Part shown: positions 1-12,500 of the stretch, one piece after another
How the letters are laid out: every line of letters starts with the position of its first letter
Numbering within the stretch: position 1 is the stretch's first letter
Assembly (NCBI RefSeq): GCF_964355755.1
Contig: NC_092678.1
Coordinates: 7,394,422 to 7,458,421, forward strand
Reading direction: 5' to 3'
Length of the DNA: 64,000 nt
DNA from: Antedon mediterranea
Lineage: Eukaryota > Animalia > Echinodermata
Translations under genes and position numbers: made by a program
The notes under the pieces: model-generated
What the model saw: only the letters and a program-made list of their open reading frames with translations
Database searches by the model: none
Told to the model about the DNA's origin: nothing

Positions 1-90
1 GTTTATTTTCCATGCAACCTAAACAAGAGTAATTTGTTTTAAATTCTTCTATACGAAGTATGTACATGCACACATTCAGCAGGCCCTTGA

Positions 91-218
91 TCTATCGACA
101 CCTTCAAATTTTATCTGACAATTTGATGTGCCTATGGACACGATGACATTACATCACTACCATATTTAAGCACATCACACTTTTTTTGTCAAACTAGTTT
201 GATAGTGTAGACAAAGCT
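91..218. mobile_element. PIF/Harbinger-like ~140-bp MITE, copy 1
   Basis: Ends gtttgatagtgtagacaaagct|TAA; internal sequence shared with 7 other copies. Confidence 0.75.
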
Positions 219-277
219 TAAGGGTGCGTGATAGGATTTGAAGGCATATTTCTAGCCTTTAGTTTATAATAACGTAC

Positions 278-502
278 AGTCGATGCTACCAGTTGGAGAC
301 TCCGTCTGGCTGTTCTCTTTCTCATCCGGAGTAAGCTTCACATCAATTACTTGTAGTTCTCCTTTATGGGAACCTGCTCTGGATTCTGTATCACTTGCTG
401 TTGCAGAGTAGCCCTCGCTTGGCCAAGCATTTCGGTGATAGCCTTCTGGTTCTGTGTCTTGTTTGTAATTCTCACACTCAGGTTCAAGGGTCATACCTGG
501 AA
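278..502 (-). CDS. CELSR: CELSR distal tail exon (donor GTACGT at 277, or read-through to stop at 264-266)
   Basis: CAG acceptor; VPGMTLEPE..NAWPSEGYSATASDTES..SPTGSID. Confidence 0.8.
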
Positions 503-3500
503 CTGATAATATACGAAAAATTAAATACATAATTTTTTTTTCAGTTTGTAGATTAATGACAGATTTTAAAATAACTTTTGTTGAAATTTTAAAAATGTTT
601 GTAGAGATTCAAGAATCGTCAGTGATTCAAAATCTATTCAACAATCACACAATATTCTTTACATATAATAGGTAGCTTAGGTAAAAAACAACCGCTATTT
701 TGGGTTTGTTTGAAACTACAACCAAAATTTGTAGTGCAGCCATACAAAATTAGTTTTAAATGATCATAAAAATATGAAACAAATTATTTTAAACTAACTG
801 CATTTTTTAAGCAGAAAAATGGTTCATGAAATACATAAAATGAATTTTGTTTAGATTTTGTGATTTGAGCATAAAATCAAATTTTAAAAGTATGACAAAA
901 CAACTTTTAAATGATAACAGTAAAGCGTTAAGATTGCAATTTGTGGCAGATCTAAATAAATTTTTCAGTGATATGGTTGAAAACGAACTACTTTGTGACA
1001 AATATGACAAGGAAACAGTGACAAACATGACAATATTATTGAACATGAATCTAACAGACAACTAAATTTCTATATCAATAATTTAGGAGAAATACAGATG
1101 TTGTTTATTGTCTATATTGTTCAAAATTCTGGCAGCTATATTTTTTTTAATATTTTTTTAAAGAAAAAATCCTGACATGTGACAGGATTTGAACCCAGGA
1201 CCCTTGGAGTGGTAGCCAAGCATCATAACCACCAAGCCACAACTCACAACTCCACATATAACAATTTCTAACAGTTATTTTTACAGGTACTATTACATAA
1301 ACATATACAATTTTGAATACCTTTGAATAATGTTGCATAAAAAATAAAGAGTTGATAACAATTTATTTTAAACACATCTGTATTATCATGTTTTAAATTG
1401 TTTTATTTATTCCTTACAGTGATACATTAAAAGGAAGCACATGTGGTTTAAATAAATAATAAGTATAAATAAATATTTTATAGGTACGGACTGCTCTAGA
1501 GGTACATCCATGGCTACTTTTAAAATTTTGTTGAAGATTTTATCTTTCTGTAAAGTTCCATTTATTCGTATTTATGTATATTTTTCTAATTTATTAAAAA
1601 AAAAAAAAACATACATTTAATTAAATTTTTGTTAAATAGGCTTTATATTAAATTGTTTAATATGGTAAACAAAATTCTATGAATTTAATTTATTTTGATT
1701 AAATAATTAAATTAAGATTGTTATTTTAAAAATTAGAAACAACCAATAACTGATAATAATAAATACAATTTATACCATCACTTTAAAAGAAATAGGCTTT
1801 ATATTAAATTTACTATTTTAGTTAAAATACTAATAATATGGTAAAATAAAATTCTATGAATTTAATCTATTTTTATTAAATAATTAAATTAAGATTGTTA
1901 TTTTAATAATTAAAAATTAGAAACAACCAATAACTGATAATAATAAATACAATTTATACCATCACTTTAAAAGAAATCAATAATTTAAGAGATTAACGTT
2001 CAAAGAACCTACATACTAACTACACACAGACAGATAACTAAGACAATTAAGTTACGAACACATTTAACTTTAAGTCATTTTCGTAAAAACACCAATACTT
2101 GTATTTCAACCCAATTAATAGACCAACAACCCATAAATTAGCAGATATTTGATTAATAGAATAATAATGACAATTACAATTTATTTTGATCAGTGTTCGA
2201 TATTAAATTATTTCTAAAGTTTGAAATCAAGATAAAAGTAGAAGATATCTACATTTAATAAAATTATTGTCATGCAAATTTAGTTCTGAAAAAGGTATTC
2301 AACTTTGTCCACATGAAAGGCATGCAGCTGAATTTTTTAGCCACATTTTAAAAAGCCTAAAAGCATTCAGGAAATTGCATTTTGCAGCCATTACAAATTT
2401 TTTTTAAACATTCATATATTTCTATTTCTTTCCTGAAATTTGGCTTTGGCTTTAAATAATATAAATTTATAGATTAAAATTGTGATGATTTGACCAAGAA
2501 AAAAAATGAATCGATATTTTCTCTTCTTAATTTTCAATGGTGATTTGATCAATCCACTGTGTCAATTTGACCTTTAAAATATTAATAAACATTACTGTAC
2601 AGTATATCTTGATTTCATCATTCAAAAACATTTTAAATGAAACATAGTAAAAATAGTTTTAGTATTAGAAATGAGCGTGAATGGCGCTTTGACCCTTAAA
2701 CCTGGTTAGTGAGTGTGAAGAATTTAAAATAAATGAGTAAAACAGAAACTGATCGTTAGCGTTAGAGTTAGCGTTAGAATGGTGCATGCAACAATTCTTC
2801 TAAGTGATTTTTGTAAGTTCTTCATCTCTCACCAGTGGTATAGTAGTAGACCGGAACGGGACTATAGCCTTTAAAAGCAAACAAAACCATTTTAATTAAC
2901 TGACCGCCAATGAGTAAAAAAGTCATAATGAATATTCTGTATGATGTTAATGCACATATTTATGCACAGATATAACATAATAAATAGATATTGAATAAAT
3001 ACCAATATGTGTATAATATCGACCTGAGAATAATGAATATTATATCAGATTTATAATTTAAACATTAATGGAACAGGTGATCAATCAATATGTAAATATA
3101 AACATGAAATGCATATATTATATGTACCAGGTGGTCTCCTTAAAAACAACGTCACAAAATAATATAATAATAATAATAATGTAATATATCAATTAGTAAG
3201 GTCTCTCCCCACCTCCCTTTCCACTTTTAGTTTACTCTTTAAAATTGTGTACACTTATGAGCGCGACTTACAAAAATTGTTAGAAATAAATAGTACTTAA
3301 TTCACACAAGTACAGCAGAGTGCTGAGAGTGTTAGCTCATTTGAAAAATCTTCATTGGTTAAATCATTTCTAGTCGCAAAAAATGCGATACGGTTTTAAT
3401 AAATAATTTTGCGATGACCTTGTGAATATGTAATGTTTTTAGTCCTGTCAATGATTATAATTATAAGGGTGCACTTGAAAAATATTGTTAATAACATAGT

Positions 3501-6500
3501 ATATAAGAGTAACTGCAAATCGAGTTAAAATCCCAGAATTCACAACAATTCTCATCAGACAACAGCTGTCAATGGCCGCCAAGTATGCAAATTTGCAGGT
3601 GGATTGTCTACCATGCCTAAAAACCAGTCAAGATGCTATACAGCTGTGTAAAATGGAGTAGTATCATTAAACCTGTGCAACTGGCAAAGCACACATGTGG
3701 TCAATCATTCTCACACATGTGGCCAACCATTCCCACACCTGTGCAGCCGGGCTAGCACACATATGGCCAACCAATCCCACACCTGTGCAGCCGGCCAAGC
3801 ACACATAATGGCTAACCAATCTCACACCTGTGCAGCTGGACTACACATGAAACTAGCGACAACCTGTGCATAAGCATTGTTAAATTATGCAGTATTAAGG
3901 TTATAACATTCTGCTAAGGAAGAATGCATACCAGGAATGAACCAAATCTTTTGACTGTCACGGCCTGGTGCCGGTGCTAGGAATGAAGAAAACATACATA
4001 AAAATAACATAGTTACAATGTCGTTAAACATGAAAGGATAAAGAAAAATGTACATGTTAACATTTGATCTAGGACGGGAATGAAATCACAATAGCAAAGG
4101 ATGTTGTTATTAAAATATTGACAAATGTAGACGACAAAATACGAGATGAAACATTAGGAAAAGAATTTACATTATACATTAACATTCATGAATGAGTTTG
4201 TCAGAGTTATGGAAAAGAATTTGATTCATGCAAATTTAGAATAATTATTGAAAAAGTACAAGAGAAAATTGTTTACCTTTCGGGGTGCTATGATACGGGC
4301 CTGGAACCGGAGGTTGACTGTCCACTGCTGTAGAGAAAACACCACAAACAAAACAATTAACATTGAGAAGAATTTATGAACACAATGTTATATTTTTTTT
4401 ACACTTTACAGTCATGTAACTCTGGTGGTTCATCAGCACTACAGACCTTTTAAAATATTTCTTTAAAGATTTGTTTGTACTACAATCGAAAACTATCGAC
4501 GATAAATAGACAGACACATACCATTGAATATTGTGACCATTCGATCTAGAAGCTAGTGTTTATACCCGGCCATCCAGGAAAAATAGACATTTATGATCAA
4601 TATGGGGATCATATCCAAGAGCATACAGACGGTGCTTTGGGATTGTATGATAATGATATTAATTTGTGGAAGCTCAGACCTTAGCTAACGCACACAAATC
4701 AACCATTGCATTGATAATCAAGACACCTTACAATTCACTTTTAAAGAACTTGCAATATCACAAGGAATATGAGGATAATTTATAGAAAGGGAGATGATAC
4801 CCCGATTGCTTTTTCCTTTTTTTTCAAGATGTGTTTACATTTTAATTGCGTGTCAGCAAAAATAAATCATAAAGACACCGGAACATCACGTCTAGGTATT
4901 AAAACATCTTTTCCATATTTACTCGTTTGATGTTCTGAAGCGATTACTTTCTTACCATCCGTTTCAGCAGTCTTTGGTTGCATTTTCCATTTTGGGTCCA
5001 GTACGATGTCGTCATCTTCGTCAGATGAGTGAGAGGAGGCCAAGGACATACTATCGTGTCCTCGGGGCACAGACGCATCACTGTCACTATCTGAATCTTG
5101 TTCTGTTCACAAAAGAATTTAATTAACAATTAAGTTTAACATTTTACAATTGTCAATATTGAGTTATAAATGAAATACAACATGCCAGTAGGCTAAATGA
5201 AACATTGATGAATGTTATTCCCCTGAGGGGCCATGTCATGCAACTAATCAGTTAGTGGCTCCCTAGTTCTGTCTCGATGGACCTGTTCTGTACCCTAGTC
5301 CAAAAAATGTATTTGACAATTTAGTGTGATATTGCAAACATAATAATTAGGTTATGAAGAGATAATAAATGAATATTACTTTTATCAATATATTTCAAAA
5401 CATGTCTATAAACTTTCCTTCTGCCATTATTGATAATCAATAATATAATTATTAATTATATATTTTTTGACAATATACCAATGCTCCCGATTCTAATTGT
5501 ACAGTATGTGGCATAACTTGTCAGTATCATAGACAAATTACATGATACAGCATCACATGATGGAATTATTTGCAAGGTTGGTGTAAATATAGCTTCATTG
5601 TATTATACAATGTCACATGTGCAGAACCGTAAGCAGATCCAACTTACCCATTAGATTTGGCAGAGGCGGTCTAACCTGCATAGCCATTGGATCTGTAGGA
5701 AGCATGGAAGCATGATGTTAAAATGACATGCACATAGTTCAAAGGTCAGAATGAAGTGTGTAGTATAAATAATATGATGTTAGTTAACATCAAAATCATA
5801 TATTGCAATTCAATATATTTATATGTATGGTTGCCACCTGGAAATGTTGCCTCGGTATTTCCCCCTTAATGGACATTTGCTCCCTGTGACATTTTCCCCA
5901 GGAGCATATTTCTTTACGTAAACAAATTATATACTTTATTAAAAGTTTAAAGTGATTTGTAAGTAAGTTTATAGATAAACACAACAAATTTAAATCATTA
6001 ATAATTATCAAAAGGTATATTATAATTATATTTTTAATTTTTTAAAACATAAAATTATTGTTATAGAATATTGTAATATCAGAGAAAGGTGGTTTTTATA
6101 TATGTCAATTTCAATATTTAAAAGAATAAATAGTAAAACAGTTCGGAACAAATCATGTCATGTGTACATTTGATGCATATGTTATGGACAAAACATATAT
6201 CAACAGCCATAAAGGCTATTTAATAATATAAAAGCATTAACCATAGTAATAATACTGATAAACATTGATATTGTTTTTGTAAGAACACAATGCATGGCTA
6301 TAATTATGTTCTTTCAACAATTACAAGGATATTAAATTCTTAAAAACACATCATGTTAGTTCACATATTAGCAATTAATTTTAGTATTAAGCAAGGTTTT
6401 AGAAATATTATGGAGGTTGGGATCAGATTGGAAATGGTGGGGGTGGGATCAGATTGGAAATGGTGGGGGTGGGATCAGATTGGAAATGGTGGGGGTGGAA

Positions 6501-9500
6501 TCAGATTAGAAATGGTGGGGGTTGGGATCAGATTGGAAATGGTGGGGGTGGGATCAGATTGGAAATGGTGGGGGTGGGATCAGATTGGAAATGGTGGGGG
6601 TGGGAGTTGGTAACGAGGAGAGGTGAAACTTACCATCTAGATTTGTAGTTCGAGGTTTGAAATAAGCTAAAAATAATAAGAAACGCAAACATTTTACAAC
6701 ATGCACCACAAAACTAAACTTTCACAAGCAAACTACTGTATAATTCAATAATAATTTTTTTGCACATTTATATATTTAAATTGCTTTACTATAAGGTACT
6801 AAAGATTTGTAATTACTTTTCCATTTTTGCATGCAATTATAATAATCAAAATATGAAATTAAAGTCAACTTTCTTATTAAGCTCTGTCTACACTATCAAA
6901 CTAGTTGAAAAAGGTGTGGTGATATGCCCAAATATGGTAGTGATATGCCGTCATCGTGTCCATATATGGGGGCATCACATATTTTGTCACATAAAGTTAA
7001 TATGTTAGTTGATATTGTAGACAGAGCTATACAGACTTAAAACCAGAAACTAGTCTTTCTTTCATGCATACCAGACTTTCTGGGAAACCATATATTTTTG
7101 GGCAAGTCCAATAATGTCTGTTATTGGGAAAGTTGACTCTAATATGAAGAAAATAATGAACACATTTGTACAAGATTGATAGTATCAATATTTATCATAC
7201 AACTCATCAACATTGAAAACGTACCTGGATAATAGTCATAGGATGGAGTGGCGGTTGATGTGCTTGCCGTCGTACGTAGGTAGCCCTCGGGCCGGTAGAT
7301 ATTGCCGCTACTTGTCTTACTTCCTGTTCTACTACTCGTAGATGTTGTTGAAATTCCTACATTGAATCTGGTTTGATTTTCCTCATTTGTTTTGTATGCT
7401 AGATTAGATCGCTGCAAAGAAATTTGTGACAATTTTTACAATTTCCGGTGATTTTGGTGACGCCACCATTTTGGAAATAAACGTTGATTTTGATTGATTG
7501 ATTGATTGATGAAGTACAAGATAGAGACATTGGTGTAATGAAGGCTATCGGACAATGTGATAGGTATGGGTTTGAGACCTGTCTGCACTATATTGCTTGT
7601 ATCCTTTTATGCAAGATATTTTACTCTCAATGGCTTGTACTTTGAATGGGACATAAAGCTGTTGGTCCCGATTACATACAAATGCACATGTGCACGATAC
7701 ATTTTTTTAAAGTAGGAGCATCTCCTAGTGTGCTGTTCATTGTAAGCGTTACACATGGCTGCTGTGAGTCTATGAACAAATGCACATGTGCAGGATACAT
7801 TTTTAAAAAGTAGGAGCATCTCCCAGTATGCTGATCATTGTAAGCACAACACATGGCTGCTGTGAGTCTATAAACCTAATATAAATTTCCTCAACAAGAT
7901 AAACTATGACAGTATATACAAGAACTAAAAAACAGAATATATAATTATATGTGAAACTTTAAATTTCAATCCACAGAATTTTTTGAAGGCCTTTAATGCA
8001 CAACAACAGTGCATTATACTACAAATAGAAATTTCTTTACATGAAAGTGTCAGTTGATACCTGACACAAGTCAATGCACTAATAATGGTTACAGTATAAC
8101 CTCACACTATACCCATGGCACCAATTAGGTGTTGTGAAGGTAATAGTAGGATGTAATTAAGAATTATCTCGACGTTGTTATTAGTATATATCCATTAGTT
8201 TGCACTTACTGAAATTGTTGCGTTGGAATGCAGATCATCACCAACCTTCTTGCCTCGAATTTTCATGCAGCATACCCACCATGCATAGCGAGCCTACAGA
8301 AAAAAAAAACAAAAAAATAACATTAAATTACCAATACAGTCAACTCTCCAAATACTGGACACCTTTGGGCTGATCTAGTTGGTTGTCTGGAAAGTCTGGT
8401 ATTTAGAATGTGTTTTTAATGGTAACAATGAGTTTGGGACCTTTTGGACTTCAAGAAAAGTCTGGTATTGGGAAACTTGACTATATTACTATATACGAAA
8501 AGAACAATTATTCCAAATTGTTTTGTATGTTTCATAGTCTATTTGCTATTGTTATTTTAACTAATAGATGTTTAAACAATTTTATGGAATTCATAGCATG
8601 TTTAATTTATAGTTATTGCTTTGTAATTGTCAACGTTTTTTAATATACCACAATATATTAATTTTTTTTAAAGTCAGATCCTATTAGGATGTATGGGAAA
8701 CATGTGATTTTTAATGTTTTGTCAAAATGAATGTACTTTTTGAATTTGTGTCTGAGAATAATGAATATTACCATATAAATAAAGCAATTGGTAAAAACAA
8801 ATGGAGATGGGCAGGCCACTAAGGAAAGGGGAAAAGGACAAGAAGAAAATCCAAAATCGATAGAGAAATATAAAAACAATTAATAATAATAATAATAATA
8901 GTCTGTTCTTATATAGCGCATATAAGCAGGCTCTCAATGCGCTTTACATCAAAAATAAAAGCAGGAAATGATAAATTAATTAATTAAAATTAATTAATTA
9001 GTTGAGAATACCAAGAGAGAGAAGTAAATTGTATGTATATGGATGGACTGCTAAAGAAATAAATATAAATGATATTTCCACTGATGACTGAATATTAAGA
9101 ACAAGTATCTACCTTTGAGTTAATGAGACAATGGAACAAAAACATAAGTAGCCCCTGAAGGCAACAGAAGAACGCAAACAGGTAGTAGTACGCGTCATTA
9201 TCTTGATTGACAGCAAGGAGACCGAACACCCACGTTATACAGATGATTGGCGATAAAATGGCTGCCGCACACAGACTTGTCCTAAAAGTATAAAGAAAAT
9301 ACAAATATTTACGATTATTTATTCATTCTTTGTGGATTTTGAAAAAAGAACCAATAAACTCATAGATATTCAAAATCAGATGAACATTTTTATTCATCAT
9401 TAAAATGAATATAAAAGAAATTATGATATAAATATTATGAATGTCAATCATTATTTAAATATAGGCAAATTTAATTTGACAACATTTTATTTTTTTAAAT

Positions 9501-12500
9501 GGTAAATTTTGGGGCATCTTTCTTACAGATTGTGTTCAAATGAAAAAAAAATGGAAATAAAAGGATATCAATATAAAAGGAACATTATTGTTAATTAAAG
9601 GAAAGCAAATTTAAATTGTAAAAAAGGCAAATGATTTATGGATAGGAACTGCTGGACATACTATAAACAAGCCAACATCAGATGTCATTAAACAACATCT
9701 TACGGGGCTAACATAAACACAAAAGCCTCTCAAAACTTGATTGATAACATCACAAAATGCGTGCTTCCGCGATAGATCTCAATCTGAGATCGTTAGTAAG
9801 GGAGACATTTAGTATATACGTGTCACTCTCTCTATGAAATCGTTCATTACACATTCAACAAATTGTGAGTTACAGTTATAATAAATACAAAAACTTTGGA
9901 AGGTAGGGAGTTTAATCGTGCATCATATTGTCTAAATTCTATCATTTTGAGCATTGTACTTTTTATATTTTTTCAAGTGAAAACATAAATTCATACAAAT
10001 TCAAAAACATGCTAGATGATTTTTCAATATGCTACTTTTTGCATCAGAATTAAAATAAATAATATTTATAAAATAGCAAGCAGGTGTAACTTAAGCTGGG
10101 ATAGTTTTGAGATTATTTGTGTAAACAAAATATATTCATAACAAATTATTTTGTAATATATCAAATTTCAGGCATGTGCAACATTGCATAATAATTTTTA
10201 AAGACAAAACTGATCTAAGTCTGAGTGTTATACTTACATTAAGGCTCTGTTTTAAGCAGAGACAAAAACAGACAAAAAAACAAACATTAAATTGTGATAA
10301 CACCCATATTTATAATGACAATACATACAATTTTGGTAAAACGCTGTAGAATACATATTTGGTAATATAAAAAAATAATTGACTGTAGGTTTTAAGCATA
10401 TAAATTATTATTATTTTAAAAAAAATTATACTCTATATACATATATATATATAGTTTACCGCACCATGCCACTACAATTTACTGTAGTTGCTAAGCAATC
10501 AAATTTGAATATTAATGGAAGTTCCAGTGGTTTGATGGTTAGAGCATTTGAATATAAAGCAGAAGGTTCCTGATTCAAATCTTGGTTGGGTGACTTTTTC
10601 TCATTCTCACAGATTAGAATTTCTTCTGGAAATGTTTATAATAGATATATCAAGCCCAGTGGTCTTATGGTAGAATGTCTACATATCAAGCAGAATATTC
10701 TGGGGATAAATCTTGGTTGGGCAGGTATTTTCACTCTCATATTTCGTTATCTTCACCATTTACTGAGTCGTTGAATTTCTCTTAAATTATATATCTTCTA
10801 ATTTGTTATTTGTAAATTAACAATGAATTAACATATTGCATACGATATTATTAATTACTAAAATTATTTAGTAGAAATATTATTTTAAAATAGGCAGGTA
10901 AATTTATCATTCATATTTACAAAGTTATGATAAGTGATGATACCATTGTTATGATAAAATATCATAAAATTATTTCAATTAATATATTTGACAAAGAAAT
11001 GTATATTTCTAACGGATGTTCCACAAGTTAGTACGGCAAGATTCTTAAGAAGTTAATGAATGCATAGGCAATTTAGAGAAGCTAACTAACGATGATGGAT
11101 GTATGTACGCGCTTAATGTCGTAAGCATTTTCAGACTATAAGCTTACATTTAAATCAATATTAATCGTAATTTCCATTAGTAGCTGTATTGTCACTGTCA
11201 ATCGGAAATCGCTGTTTCTAGATCGTTTACCAATTTAAATTATCATTTATTATTACTTAATTTCTAAAAATGGAAAACAGCAAAATTCAGTAACAAACAA
11301 AACAGAATTTTTCAAAATTGTTTTTCTTATTTATCATTTGTAGGTAAATTTCAGACATTTTTAAATTTAAAAAAAAAAATGATAAAAATGTTATTGTTGA
11401 ATTATTGTACAATGTTTACTATCTAGCATCATGAATTATATACACTCTAACTTTAGTTATGAATGAATTAACATGAATTAGAATGACATGAAATTTTAAT
11501 AAAATGGGTTGAAGAAAATATGAATGTGATATATATATTAAGGCAATGTGGCCAACGATTACCAATAGTAAATTAATCACTGTCAGATAGGTGGTAATCC
11601 CCCTGATACAGGTGGCTATTTTGTGAACCAGTTGACCGGGGTAACCCCCTACTCTTCTCGAATAATGAACTGGGTTTTCTAAAGTGCACACAGGTTATAA
11701 CTGTGTACACGGGACATACGGTTTATAGTCCTTATCCGAGAAGACTTGTTCCACCACCAGAAATAGGAGCAAGTGGGCATTGAACACATGCCAATGTTGT
11801 TGGCTCTTTAGATACGGTAAACGGCGCCCCTGCCTTAACCGCTTAGCCATTTGACTTGCAATTGAAAAGAAAAAATTACAATATAACACTTATTAAGGGG
11901 ACATCATCGGGACACAACAAAGCTTCCTCTAAATAGGAGTGTCCCATTGATAGGAGTGTTACCCTTAATAAGGGTATCCCCTGAAAAGGGGTTCAAAAGG
12001 AGGAGGTCTAATGATATTTAAACATATGGAATGATTTTGTGTGAAATTAGAGAAACAACGTAAATGTATTGTTGTTAAATCATTGGATCCCCTACTTTGT
12101 TTACATCTGGGGAAACACACCCTACCCCAACATTTGATATTGTTTATATAACAATGAAAATACATTAAAATGTTGAAATAATTTTAATCCGTGTACTTAC
12201 TTTAATCCTGCAAATTCAGTGTTTTTATCAGTACTCTGTAGTAAGACTCTAAGAGCCATGATAAACAACACCAAATTAAACTGAAATGCAAACCAATATA
12301 ATTTATTATAAGCATATATCTATTGCAAAATTACAAAAGCATGTATCCAGAAAGGGCATGTAAACCAGCACTAAGCAGTGTGCGAGGCGGTTACTACTGA
12401 AGATAATTTAGGCCTAGTCTAGGCCTATTTATTATTAGTTTGAAGGGGTACTTTAGGAATAATGGGTTTCATTCGAACCCTACAACTCTTCTGCCCGCAC

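Noticed and set aside
807-1065. Overlapping 72-84 aa ORFs, and other short AT-rich ORFs in the track
   Set aside because: Intronic, biased to I/L/F/K/N, and no recognisable domain.
4522-4545. 24-nt symmetric candidate exon (DRMVTIFN)
   Set aside because: Poor polypyrimidine tract and embedded in SINE-like sequence.
5838-5909. GC-rich island / ORF 5796-6011 as a tail exon
   Set aside because: Weak GTGGCA donor and not frame-symmetric; more likely a repeat fragment.
6353-6648. Gly/Trp-rich plus-strand ORFs
   Set aside because: Translations of the 26-bp minisatellite.
9704-9707. AG|CCCC|GTAAGA 4-nt microexon in the ICL3 intron
   Set aside because: Frameshifting, no upstream UGC, and such a pattern is easily met by chance.
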